The position numbers and the translations under genes are program-made. The notes below the pieces were generated by a model that was not told where the DNA came from, ran no database searches, and saw only the letters and a list, made by a program, of their open reading frames with translations. DNA of 63,284 bases, the filler included, from Octopus bimaculoides (lineage: Eukaryota): the NCBI RefSeq assembly GCF_001194135.2. It is 3 parts of 2 records of this genome, joined end to end, with 100 filler letters (N's around TTAATTAATTAA, not from the genome) between each part and the next. Parts side by side here need not be neighbours in the genome. Positions count along the whole stretch, not along the records: positions 1 to 21,801 come from NC_069002.1; 2 more parts are not named here. One strand, 5' to 3'. This document shows positions 1 to 12,319 of the stretch, one piece after another. The stretch's first letter is position 1; each line of letters begins with the position of its first letter.

Positions 1-1425
1 ATATATAATCGTACTACGTGTATGATTGGTGCTTTCGCTTATCGACTCCGGATGGTAAAGAAGAAAGAAATCGACCTCGGCTCGATTTGAACACAAAACA
101 TTAAGAAATGTGATGTTACGGGATGTCTCTAATGTTGGTAAAAGTGAACGCGTTTAGAGGAGGAGGAGGAGGGGGAGTGTAATTGGTTGAGCTTCTGTAG
201 TCTGGCATCGATGTAGTTCCTGACAATCCACCACCATCACTACTACCACCACCACCAACAACAACAACAACAACACCATTATCACCCCCACCACCACCAC
301 CACTACCACAACCACTAACTCCAGTCTATTTTCAGTTCCATCTGAAGTGCAACTTGGTACAAAAGTGACGAGATATAGTGATGATGATGATGGTGGTGGT
401 GGTGGTGGTGGTGGTGGTGGTGGTGGTAAGACTTTTGTGTAACGTAGTGAATGTGGCGGCACCGATGCTGGTAGGGATAGCACTTTTGATAGTGATGCCA
501 GTTGAAATGGTAGCAGCAATAATGGTAAAGTGGCTGTTGTTGCCGTTGTAACAGCGGCGGCGGTGGTGGTGGTGCTGCTAGTGCTGGTGATGCAGGTGCA
601 GGTGTTGGTGCTAGTATTGTTNNNNNNNNNNNNNNNNNNNNNNNNNNNNNNNNNNNNNNNNNNNNNNNNNNNNNNNNNNNNNNNNNNNNNNNNNNNNNNN
701 NNNNNNNNNNNNNNNNNNNNNNNNNNNNNNNNNNNNNNNNNNNNNNNNNNNNNNNNNNNNNNNNNNNNNNNNNNNNNNNNNNNNNNNNNNNNNNNNNNNN
801 NNNNNNNNNNNNNNNNNNNNNNNNNNNNNNNNNNNNNNNNNNNNNNNNNNNNNNNNNNNNNNNNNNNNNNNNNNNNNNNNNNNNNNNNNNNNNNNNNNNN
901 NNNNNNNNNNNNNNNNNNNNNNNNNNNNNNNNNNNNNNNNNNNNNNNNNNNNNNNNNNNNNNNNNNNNNNNNNNNNNNNNNNNNNNNNNNNNNNNNNNNN
1001 NNNNNNNNNNNNNNNNNNNNNNNNNNNNNNNNNNNNNNNNNNNNNNNNNNNNNNNNNNNNNNNNNNNNNNNNNNNNNNNNNNNNNNNNNNNNNNNNNNNN
1101 NNNNNNNNNNNNNNNNNNNNNNNNNNNNNNNNNNNNNNNNNNNNNNNNNNNNNNNNNNNNNNNNNNNNNNNNNNNNNNNNNNNNNNNNNNNNNNNNNNNN
1201 NNNNNNNNNNNNNNNNNNNNNNNNNNNNNNNNNNNNNNNNNNNNNNNNNNNNNNNNNNNNNNNNNNNNNNNNNNNNNNNNNNNNNNNNNNNNNNNNNNNN
1301 NNNNNNNNNNNNNNNNNNNNNNNNNNNNNNNNNNNNNNNNNNNNNNNNNNNNNNNNNNNNNNNNNNNNNNNNNNNNNNNNNNNNNNNNNNNNNNNNNNNN
1401 NNNNNNNNNNNNNNNNNNNNNNNNN

Positions 1426-1459
<34 letters not shown>

Positions 1460-1936
1460 ATATATCAATTAGAAAATGGAGGATAATATGCTGGGACTCA
1501 AACAACACTATCTTAGCATGTTTTTATCTTTTATAAGGATATTATATATATATATATCCGAATATGTTGTGTGACATTCACTCCATCTAATCTTCTGTAA
1601 CAATATAATATTTTTCTGATGTTTTTTTTTGTGGGGGGGGCTTTTGATGTATTCTTTTTTCGCACTGAGGAGAACAGTAAGACGCAATTAATTTAATTAT
1701 AATTAAATTAATTTCTAAGTTTTTTACCATGACATTTACATGTTAATATTACCGATCGAAACGATCGTATGCATGGATTAAATTATTTTTAAACTTTTAA
1801 CACCTTTTCTTATCCATCTTTAATTGTTTGTTGAGCTTCTATAGGATGTGTGTTCGATAAATGCTCATAACACACCTTACACACACACACACATACACAC
1901 ACACATATAGATAGATAGATTACATGTGTACCTGTG

Positions 1937-1982
<46 letters not shown>

Positions 1983-2198
1983 CAGACAGACTGACTGATA
2001 GATAAATGGACGTACATAAATAAATATACTTATATATATATANNNNNNNNNNNNNNNNNNNNNNNNNNNNNNNNNNNNNNNNNNNNNNNNNNNNNNNNNN
2101 NNNNNNNNNNNNNNNNNNNNNNNNNNNNNNNNNNNNNNNNNNNNNNNNNNNNNNNNNNTAATATATGTGTGTATGAATATATACATGGGTGTGTATAG

Positions 2199-2241
<43 letters not shown>

Positions 2242-2608
2242 GTGTATGTGTATACACACACACACATACTGACACAGATGTATGCCTTCATATTTTTATG
2301 TCGCTAGATTACATATTAGATATAATTACACTCTGCGCTTATTTTCAGTTCTATCATATCTGACGTATGGGAATGTATACTGTCTATATGTGTGTATATG
2401 TGTACGCGTGTGTATGTGTGTATGCATGCGAGTGTGTGTGCGTGCGTGTGTGTGTGTGTGTGTAAACAACAGGGTCACCATATATAAAGGACGAAATTCA
2501 ATGATGAGAAATAATGTTTTACATTGGTTATTGATACAGCCATTTATTCTACATTAATTTTTATGTTGCAGATGATTATAATGCAAATCGATACAATATA
2601 TAACATAT

Positions 2609-3027
2609 TCTTTTATTCTTTTACTCATTTACTTGTTTCAGTCATTTGACTGCGGCCATGCTGGAGCACTGCCTTTAGTCGAGCAACTCGACCCCAGGAC
2701 TTATTCTTTGGATGCCTAGTACTTATTCTATCGGTCTCTTTTGCCGAACCGGTAAGTTACGGGGACCTAGACACACCAGCATCGGTTCTCAAGCGATATT
2801 GGAGGGGACACAGACACACAAACGTATACACACACGTACATATACATATATATATACACATATACGAGGGGCTTTTTTCAGTTTCCGTCTACCAAATCCA
2901 CTCACAAGGCTTTGGTCGGCCCGAGGCTATAGTAGAAGACACTTGCCCAAAGTGCCACGAAGTGAGACTGAACCCGGAACCATGTGGTTGGTAAGCAAGC
3001 TACTTACCACACAACCACTCCTGCGCC
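2609..3027 (-). mobile_element. tRNA-derived SINE, family A (head GGCGCAGGAGTGG..., tail (GTAAAAGA)n), full length
   Basis: tRNA-like A/B boxes (TGGxTGTGTGG ... GGTTCAGT). High similarity to copies at 16863, 22941 and 43656. Confidence 0.85.
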
Positions 3028-3214
3028 TATACAACTTCCTCGAGTTGTTTTTGTGTACACCTCTTTCTGTACAATCTACATTCTCTGGTTCCTTGGTTTA
3101 TTGTGTATGCTAGCAGTTAGTAGTTTCATCTCTGTGCCTGCTAGCGAGAAAAAACAGAAAAGTAACATCGACGCCGTCATTAACATGTATCCGAGTAAGT
3201 TAATCTGTAGCGAG

Positions 3215-3945
3215 TGATTGATCCCTTTTGTCCTGATGGGTGTAAAGGGTACCGGTGCCTCACGTGGATGTCCAGGCCAAGGGTTGTTGGCCAGGGACGA
3301 GGAAGTGCGAGCCGCTCTTTGTGTCTTGGACGTTTGATCTCTGTCTCTTGACGTCTGTTCGGAGGCGTAATGGCCCAGTGTTTAGGGCAGCGAACTCGCG
3401 GTCANNNNNNNNNNTCCGGCAGGGATGGTGGCGAACCCTGCTGTACTCTTCCACCACAACTTTCTTTCACTCTTACTTCCTGTTTCTGTTGTGCCTGTAA
3501 TTCAAAGGGTCAGCCTTGTCACACTCTGTGTCACGCTGAATATCCCCGAGAACTACGTTAAGGGTACACGTGTCTGTGGAGTGCTCAGCCACTTGCACGT
3601 TAATTTCACGAGCAGGCTATTCCGTTGATCGGATCAACTGGAACCCTCGACGTCGTAAGCGACGGAGTGCCAACAACTTCACGTCTGTTATTTTCCATCT
3701 AGTCCGCTCCCTTGACGATGGGATGTTGCCACTTTGGGCGGTCTTTGGTGATTGTCACCCAGGTATTTGAGTCGATGAAGCAGCGGAGGCGATGGCCTTG
3801 AACTGATCGTGGAAGCAGAATCTTGAGGCTCAGCGTGTTCTTGTGCCCAAGGCCATCTCCAAAAAGAGGAGTTAACGGGAGAGGCGCGTTTTAGGCATGT
3901 GTATGATGTGTCCCGACCATCGGAGGCAGTCTCGTGCCATGGTAT
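3215..3945 (-). mobile_element. Degenerate RTE-clade LINE, C-terminal ORF2 fragment, split by the family D SINE
   Basis: Minus-strand translation CLRWSGHIIHMPKTRLSR*LLFLEMALG...WVTITKDRPKW resembles the RTE LRWxGHxxRMxxxRLP...W...DR..W motif. It continues beyond the SINE (…KRPRHKER…LGLDIHVRH). Stops and frameshifts present. Confidence 0.7.
3360..3680 (+). mobile_element. tRNA-derived SINE family D (GGAGGCGCAATGGCCCAGTGGTTAGGGCAGCGGACTCGCGG...) with 9-bp TSD
   Basis: ACGTCTGTT at 3351-3359 and 3681-3689. Body matches copies at 39463 and ~57870-58188. Confidence 0.85.
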
Positions 3946-5066
3946 ATATCCATCTGTCTATATATAAACATAAATATATATATATAGATAGATACATATG
4001 TATAAATGTATGTACATGTGTGTGTGCGCGCGTATTATAGATACACCCACATTATTATATATATATTTCTTCAGAATCTATATACAGGGTATATAGAAAA
4101 GATTTTATATGCATTATAATGTATATATTGCTACAAATGTTTTATATACGTTTTTTCCCCCAAAGTTCATCTTTCCTCATAAGGCATAAGATTTCCAAAA
4201 AGCAAATGAGACTCCGTGGCACTCGTACTGCCGTCAAGATTGTGTTACCATCGCAAGTGAAACGGATTGACTTTAGCCGAGAACCGAAACCGTGTCGTTG
4301 GAGTCGGCTTGAAGCACAATAACATAGTTAGAAACACTCTCCGGATGTAATTGTTTGAAACTTTAAAAACACGTAGAGTATCACGTGATCAGAAGAGATA
4401 ACTAATACAAACAAGATGCGGTCGTAAAGATACACAACGCAGTGTACCTGATTGCCTGGCTTATTTACACACTGCAGTATTGTCTCGTGTGTATTCTAGG
4501 ATTTACATAGGGAAATTTTACCAAATATTTGGTTGTTAGTGACAACTGTATTCACGGTGTCAATATTATCCAGAGATTGCATTTCAGCGATACGATACTG
4601 ATTCTCTTCTGAAACGAAAACATCCCTTGGCACAACGCTACAATATTTACTTCAACTAGCTCAAGGATACACACAAAAATAAATCCAAGTTAAGAGGTCA
4701 TTAGAACGGCATTCGCATCTCTCAGTTTCAACGTGTCCATTCCTAAAATAGCTTCAAACAAAATGCAACGGGAATTATGGATTATATGTTTTATGTCAAC
4801 GTCATTTGGTTTCCTTGCGCTTCCAATAGTCGCCCGAACTCAGCCCCAAAAAACATACAAAACAAAGGGTGTTACTATAGCGTGCGATCTACCTGTTCAT
4901 TTACACTTGTGTACAGTCTACCTCCATTACAAAAACTTTATACTGTAGAATGATAAAGACAAATTTAATAATGATTTGTTATTAATGATAGGAAATCATA
5001 CAAGTCATAATCATGAAATTAGGCTAAATATTACATTAACGGTTATCATTATGATGATGATGATGA

Positions 5067-5101
<35 letters not shown>

Positions 5102-5340
5102 NNNNNNNNNNNNNNNNNNNNNNNNNNNNNNNNNNNNNNNNNNNNNNNNNNNNNNNNNNNNNNNNNNNNNNNNNNNNNNNNNNNNNNNNNNNNNNNNNNN
5201 NNNNNNNNNNNNNNNNNNNATATATATTTATTTATAAACATAATTAAGAGATCAGCAAGCATTTGCTTCACTAAATTGATAAACCTTTACCCTTTTAATT
5301 TATATATATATATATATGTATGTATGTATACATGTGTGGG

Positions 5341-5673
5341 GGGGGTCGGAGACCCCCACCCCTCTTCGGTCACGAATGACCATGGGATTGCACCTACAAA
5401 ATTACCCTCCCAGGCACATATCCGGGCAAAGTTGTTTATGGAAGACCAGCAGTCGCCCATACATACCAGCCTTCCTTCTCCACGCCACCGATGTTATCCA
5501 AGGGAAAGGCAAAGGGGCCGATACAGTTTGGCACCAATGATGTCGCGACTCATTTCTACAGCTGCGTTGAACTGGAGAAACGTGAAATAAGTGCCTTGCT
5601 CAAGAACACAGCCCAACTCACAACCTCACGGTCGTAAGCTCGTCGTTCTAACCACTGAGCCATGCACCTTCAC
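5341..5673 (-). mobile_element. tRNA-derived SINE family E (GTGAAGGxGCATGGCTCAGTGGTTAGA...)
   Basis: Reverse complement matches 39956-40290(+). Related degenerate copies at ~18425-18740(-), 39021-39260(+), 45945-46170(+). Confidence 0.75.
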
Positions 5674-5675
5674 TC

Positions 5676-5759
<84 letters not shown>

Positions 5760-5994
5760 TAGATATAGATATAGATGTGCATATAGTGACAGAAATCGTG
5801 CGCATGCGCACACTCACACACACACTTATATGTACATGCACATACATACACACATATATTGGCATATTTATATATACATGTACGCAGTTACATACATACA
5901 TACATACATACATGATGATGGTGGCCGTCCACTCGTGACCGAGGAAGACCATTGCCGACCTTCACAAGGGAGGGGGTCTCCGACACACACACAT

Positions 5995-6067
<73 letters not shown>

Positions 6068-6304
6068 NNNNNNNNNNAAGAAGGGATGTATTTCCAAGCA
6101 GGAAAAAATATAGGAGAATTTGTTGTTTAAAATGCACCTGACTTTGAAAAACTTGTAATTGTTTTTAAATGAATTTATTTACATACATACTTAACTTTGA
6201 AACTAGTTTGGTATGTATGTGAATAAATTTACTTAATAACTGTTACAAGTTTTTCAAAGTCAGGTGCATTTTCAGCCACAAATTCTCCTGTATACATATA
6301 TACT

Positions 6305-6335
<31 letters not shown>

Positions 6336-6894
6336 AACATGTACATGTGAGTGAGTGTGTATGTGTATGCGTGTATATGCGTGTGTTTTAGATTGGATCG
6401 TTTTGTGCGTTGCCGGTACCACGTAACCCAATACGATTTGTTACATGGTCAGATCGTCGTCAATAACTAAACCGAGAATCTCACTCGCTCGTCTACCGGG
6501 CTTGTCTGGTGAGGCGGGGTTGCTAGAGCAACCTAGCAACGCGAAAACAAACACACAAAAAAACTGTTAAACATACGGATGAATCCAGAATAAGGTCAAT
6601 AGCTATTTAGCAATATTGCACGGGTAGATAGGACATACCCGAGATGGTGAACGAGTATACAGAACGACCAATTTAAGACTGATAAACCCTGCCTTAGATC
6701 TTGTTAGAGCATCTATGAAAGGGAGGAGTATATAGGGGGCCTCAGCTGTGATGAGGACTGATCCACGGCGTTGTTGCGTGCATTAATTTATAGACATTAT
6801 AGCGGTCTTGGATATATATTTCTTTAGGTGTATGCACAGTGTGTGTGCTTGTATGCGCACGCGCGTGTTTGTTATATATATATAGATATATCTC

Positions 6895-7440
6895 CTTAGC
6901 CCATTTCTTTCATTTAATGATATTAATTGGTTGAAGGAGAGGTTCTCTTCTAGCTGCTCGTCCATAATACCCAAGCTTATGCAGATATGTAACACAGGTT
7001 CTTGGACTAACTTCTAGCTGTATTGCACTGTCAGAAGCCTTCGAACGATGTTCGTTTTCCACAATTCTCTTCAAACAGTAAAGCTTCCTTTCTGAGGGCC
7101 CAGGTTGGCCAGGATGAGAATCTGTTGATCTTTTTCCTTGGCTTTTGAATTGCACTGTAACTCTATTAACAGTAGCAAGATGAATTTGAAGATTTTCGAC
7201 AATATTTCGCTGGCTAAGACCAGCCTCAGATTGCCCAACAATACGACCTCTTTGAAAATCTAACAGTTCTGCTGAATTTTTTGTGCGTGTCATGGTTACT
7301 CTTCGCAAATGTTTAATATAATGGCACCTGGAATGGAAAAGAATAATTACATTGTAAATTCTACACCACTGAAAATATAAGACGCTTAGATCAGAAATTT
7401 TGAAAATTAAAGGTGTCTATTTACTTCCTGCATGTCTGTG
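6895..7440 (-). mobile_element. Tc1-like DNA transposon, left TIR + N-terminal transposase fragment
   Basis: ORF 6910..7308(-) has paired-like HTH features (DFQRGRIVG…GLSQRNI…GQPG…GYYGRAARREPLL). The end TA|CACAGACATGCAGGAAGTAAATAGACACC is shared with the copy at 27449. Confidence 0.85.
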
Positions 7441-7599
7441 TATATATTAGAGGAAAATCAAAACCAAGGCAGAACGCATACCTATCCGTTTAGATCAAAA
7501 GTGAACTAAACCCCTCATATTCTTTACACACACACACACACACACATATATATACATAATGTGTGTGAATATGTATGTGTGTTTATATATATGTCTGTG

Positions 7600-7934
7600 C
7601 ACACGTTTGAATGTGGTGTGTGCCAGAGGGTTTGCAAATCCAATGGGAGTCTTAAAAGACATATTAGGATCCACAATGAGCAGAACTTACTTGCAGGTAT
7701 TGGTAGTGCAAATCAGAGGTGCAATCTGTGTGGGTGTTTTTTCAAAACACTGTCTGGTTTAAAAAGCCACATCAGACGCCNNNNNNNNNNATTGGTAGTG
7801 CAAATCAGAGGTGCAATCTGTGTGGGTGTTTTTTCAAAACACTGTCTGGTTTAAAAAGCCACATCAGACGCCATGAAAGGGCTAAGGTGTAGGTGCAGGA
7901 GGTGGTCAAACTCTGTTTAAGGAGTAGACAACCA

Positions 7935-7940
<6 letters not shown>
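7600..7940 (+). mobile_element. 5'-truncated LINE 3' end (probably RTE clade) encoding two C2H2 zinc fingers
   Basis: FECGVCQRVCKSNGSLKRHIRIH and CNLCGCFFKTLSGLKSHIRRH, stop at 7890-7892, short 3'UTR ending GGAGTAGACAACCACC + (TA)n. No TGEKP linker. 82 bp (7699-7780 = 7791-7872) are duplicated across a 10-N gap, an unmerged assembly overlap. Confidence 0.65.
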
Positions 7941-7977
<37 letters not shown>

Positions 7978-8414
7978 TATACATAATGTGTGTGTATATG
8001 TATGTGTGTGTGAATGTGTTTGTGTATTTATGTATATATCCTACACCCCGCCCACTTATATTACCCTCGCCATATTTCTCTCTCTACTCCCTTTCTAGAA
8101 AAGTATTTCCCATCTTCACAAAACACCTAAAAACTACTTATAAACAACTCGACCCACGCACATACACACACACTTAAACACACACATACTCACACACGCA
8201 CACTTTCTCTCATCACTTACCTCCCTCTCCGACTCATCCACACACACACACTCTTACATTACCCCTCTTCCACTCTTTCCCTCATCCTCACACTCTTTCT
8301 TCCTCCCCCTCACATTCTTACATTCTTCCAGACATTCTCGTCCCCCCTCCACCTTTTTTCTCAAAAATGGAACCACTTATTTGTTGCGCTGCCTCCAAAA
8401 CATGTTACGTCACC

Positions 8415-8985
8415 GCCAGATGTATTATGTGGACTCCAGATATATTTTCTGACTTCTGACTATGTTATCTGGTCTCTAGGTATGTTACCTACACTCTGGA
8501 TAAGCTACCTAGACACAAGGTGAGTTATCAGGAGTCCAGATGTATTCTGTGAGCTTCCTGTGTTGCCTTTCACACTTCCGGTGTTATAACGATTCTACAC
8601 ATATAAACATAGTCTCCAGATCTTTTATGTGAATATCGTGTACTTCTTTACTTCTAAACGTGTTCTACAGAGACTACAGATGTATTATTTAATCTCCGAC
8701 TGTGTTATTTTCTTGTGTTCTGTTATCACTACATATGTTTTCTGGATTTCAGATACGTTATATAAATCACAGGTGTGCTCTAATAATGCCATATGTCTTG
8801 TCAACACTTCAGGTGTGTGATATAAATCTAAGATATGTTCTATCAAGACAGGCGTGTTATTTAGAGCCCAGGTGTGTTGTTTAAAGCCCATGTGTATTCT
8901 ACCAACACCACGTGTGTCATCTAGACACCAGGTATGCTTTCTCATCATCATGTGGATTATTTAGATACCAGGTGTGTAGACTAGA
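8415..8985. repeat. Highly degenerate ~20-bp minisatellite (core CAGGTGTGTT/CAGATGT)
   Basis: Recurrent CCAGATGT/CAGGTGTG motifs at ~20-bp spacing. Confidence 0.6.
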
Positions 8986-9062
8986 TTTTACTGCTGTCTC
9001 GGACTATGTTAACCATAAACATCAGCTATTTACTGGATTTTTTGTTAATATTTACTGCAGCT

Positions 9063-9610
9063 AAATCGGCGAGCTTGGCAGAAACGTTAGCACGCCGGGT
9101 AAAATGTCTGGCGAGGTTTCATCTGTCCTTAATTCTACGTTCAAATTCCGCCGAGGTCGACTCTGCCTTTCATACCTTTCGGGGTGGATAAAATAAGTAC
9201 CAGCTGAGCTCTGCGGTCGGTGTAATCGAATTAATCCCTCCTCCGAAATTGCTGGTCTAGTACCAAAATCTGAAATCAATATTTACCGCAGCAAAGACGG
9301 TGAGATGGCAGAATTGTTAGCACACCGGGCGAAATGCTTAGCGGTATTTCGTCTGCCTCTACATTCTGAGTTCAAATTCCGCCGAAGTCGACTTTGCCTT
9401 TCATCTTTTCGGGGTCGATTAAATAAGTACCAGCTACGCACTGGGGTCGATATAATCGACTTAATCTGTTTGTCTGTACTTGTTTGTCCCCTCTGTGTGT
9501 AGCCCCTTGTGAGCAGTAAAGGAATAAGAATCGTTAGCACGCCGGACGAAATGCTTAGCGGTATTTCGTCCGCCTTTATGTTCTGAGCTCAGATTCTGCC
9601 GAGGTTGACT
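9063..9610 (+). mobile_element. Cluster of family B SINEs (GAGCTGGCAGAAxCGTTAGCACGCCGGGCGAAATGC...), two copies plus a fused 5'-truncated third
   Basis: Repeated GTTCAAATTCCGCCGAGGTCGAC B-box region. Other copies at ~22650-22865, 24925-25090, 27935-28160, 30305-30510, 46387-46580, 59533-59722, 60445-60655 (+) and 58645-58775, 62195-62392 (-). Confidence 0.8.
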
Positions 9611-11229
9611 TCGTAATCGACTACCTGTAGCAGAAGACACTTACCCAAGGTGCTATGCAGTGAGACTGAACCCAGAACCATGTGGTTGGGAAGCAAGCTA
9701 CTTACCACAGAGCCACACGTGCGCCTTACGGTACTTATATTTTACCATATACCTTGTAATCCTTTATATTACCATCTTCCTTGATGCAGTTATATTTTAC
9801 CACAGTTCTTGGGAACAGTAAAATCTCCTTGTTTAGATGGAATGTATCTTTGCCATTTATGTAGCACTGTTTCGATTCCTGGCATGGACTTGCATTCACA
9901 TACGACAACAATGTTCTTTGGCAAAGTGTTTCCAAATAATATTCCTTGCGTTTCATTGACATCTGAAGGATGAAAAGCAAAGTCGACATCGGCGGGGTTT
10001 CNNNNNNNNNNNNNNNNNNNNNNNNNNNNNNNNNNNNNNNNNNNNNNNNNNNNNNNNNNNNNNNNNNNNNNNNNNNNNNNNNNNNNNNNNNNNNNNNNNN
10101 NNNNNNNNNNNNNNNNNNNNNNNNNNNNNNNNNNNNNNNNNNNNNNNNNNNNNNNNNNNNNNNNNNNNNNNNNNNNNNNNNNNNNNNNNNNNNNNNNNNN
10201 NNNNNNNNNNNNNNNNNNNNNNNNNNNNNNNNNNNNNNNNNNNNNNNNNNNNNNNNNNNNNNNNNNNNNNNNNNNNNNNNNNNNNNNNNNNNNNNNNNNN
10301 NNNNNNNNNNNNNNNNNNNNNNNNNNNNNNNNNNNNNNNNNNNNNNNNNNNNNNNNNNNNNNNNNNNNNNNNNNNNNNNNNNNNNNNNNNNNNNNNNNNN
10401 NNNNNNNNNNNNNNNNNNNNNNNNNNNNNNNNNNNNNNNNNNNNNNNNNNNNNNNNNNNNNNNNNNNNNNNNNNNNNNNNNNNNNNNNNNNNNNNNNNNN
10501 NNNNNNNNNNNNNNNNNNNNNNNNNNNNNNNNNNNNNNNNNNNNNNNNNNNNNNNNNNNNNNNNNNNNNNNNNNNNNNNNNNNNNNNNNNNNNNNNNNNN
10601 NNNNNNNNNNNNNNNNNNNNNNNNNNNNNNNNNNNNNNNNNNNNNNNNNNNNNNNNNNNNNNNNNNNNNNNNNNNNNNNNNNNNNNNNNNNNNNNNNNNN
10701 NNNNNNNNNNNNNNNNNNNNNNNNNNNNNNNNNNNNNNNNNNNNNNNNNNNNNNNNNNNNNNNNNNNNNNNNNNNNNNNNNNNNNNNNNNNNNNNNNNNN
10801 NNNNNNNNNNNNNNNNNNNNNNNNNNNNNNNNNNNNNNNNNNNNNNNNNNNNNNNNNNNATGGTGATGATGATGCTACTGATCTAACTATTACATATCGG
10901 TTGAAGGAACAACAACAACAACAAAATTCTTCTCTCTTTTTCTCTCTTTTTTCTCTTTCCTTTTGAGCAGAAAGCACACACGGCGTTTACTCGTAATAAG
11001 TTTAAAAATAGCTATTCTTTAAGCTTGCTTCATTTACCCCATGTTATTAGGTCATCTCCGTATTTCAGTCTCGTCGGGAGTTACTGAGGTAGCAGTACCA
11101 GTCATACAATGTGGTCGAATACACGTTGGGAATCAAGTTTCTTTTTTTTTTTTTTTTTAATGGTTTGTTTGTTCGTTTTTGTTTTTTGATAAACGACCTT
11201 GAGACTAGTTTCTGTACAAGATACAGTTA

Positions 11230-12210
11230 CTGTCTTCTTACGAAGCAATGTAACTGTCTACTTACATAACTGTCCCCTTATATAAAGATGTTATTGATAT
11301 TCCTTTATATAGCAATTCCACTGTCTCCCTTTACACCGTATCTGTCTCCTTACGTGACACTAGTCCCTGTCGTTTACATGTACTTTTCTCCTTCGTCACA
11401 TTGTTTCTGTCCCCTTCATAATTATATTCCTGTCCCCTTCATAACACCATTCCTGTCCCCTTCATAATTATGTTTCTGTCCCCTTCATAACACCATTCCT
11501 GTCCCCTTCATAATTATGTTCCTCTCCCCTTTCTATCATTGCATCACACCATTTCTGTATCCTTACGCAACTCTGTTACTCTCTCGTTACATAAATCCAT
11601 CCCTGTCCCCTTGCATAACAACATAACTATCCCTTTCATAACACTGCAAATGTTCCCTTTATTGCATAGTTACTGCCCCCTTACATAGCATTTTGCTGTC
11701 CCCTTACATAACATTATCACATAATATCACATAATATTATGTGATAATATTACTGTTTCCTTGCATTCTACAGCTCCTGTCTCCTTACGTCATTCCATTA
11801 CTGTCCCCTTATATAAAACCATCCCTGTTCCTTTCATAACAATGTAACTGTCGCCTTCATAAGAATGTATCTTCCCCCTTCATAATATTCCACTTCACAT
11901 CAAGGTCATTGTCCCCTTATATAACACTACCACTGCCCCCACGCATAATAAAACATCACTATCCCCTTCATAATATTGTCACTAACATAACAATATTGCA
12001 ACTGTCCCCTTGCACAATACCGTTTCGGTCTCCTTATATAACATTGCTTCTATCCCCATTATTACTGTCTCCTTCATAACGTTACTAGTGTCCCCTTCCA
12101 CAACAATATACCTGTCCCCTTTATAACATTATTTCCTGTCTCCTTTATAACATTCGTTACTGTCGCCTCACATAATGTAACTGCTACTGTCCCTTTCCCT
12201 GTTTCTATCA
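11230..12210. repeat. Degenerate minisatellite with conserved core CTGTCCCCTT(C/T)ATAA and variable 8-20 nt linkers
   Basis: Dozens of core copies over ~1 kb. Near-perfect 23-24-bp units at ~11405-11530. Confidence 0.8.
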
Positions 12211-12319
12211 CTCTCCCCTTTCCTAATGTAATCGAGATGTGATCCGGCAAAGGTTACGTCAAGGGGACAGTGTGCTGCATGGGTTTACGTGGTGGTGGGT
12301 GGAGGAATAGTTGTTTCAA

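Noticed and set aside
7561-7892. Host C2H2 zinc-finger gene
   Set aside because: No TGEKP linkers, starts inside a microsatellite, no credible acceptor, and a retroposon-like 3' end. The third finger copy is an assembly duplication across the 10-N gap.
11230-12210. CRISPR-like repeat-spacer array
   Set aside because: Eukaryotic context, degenerate repeats, linkers that are short and related to each other, and no cas genes.
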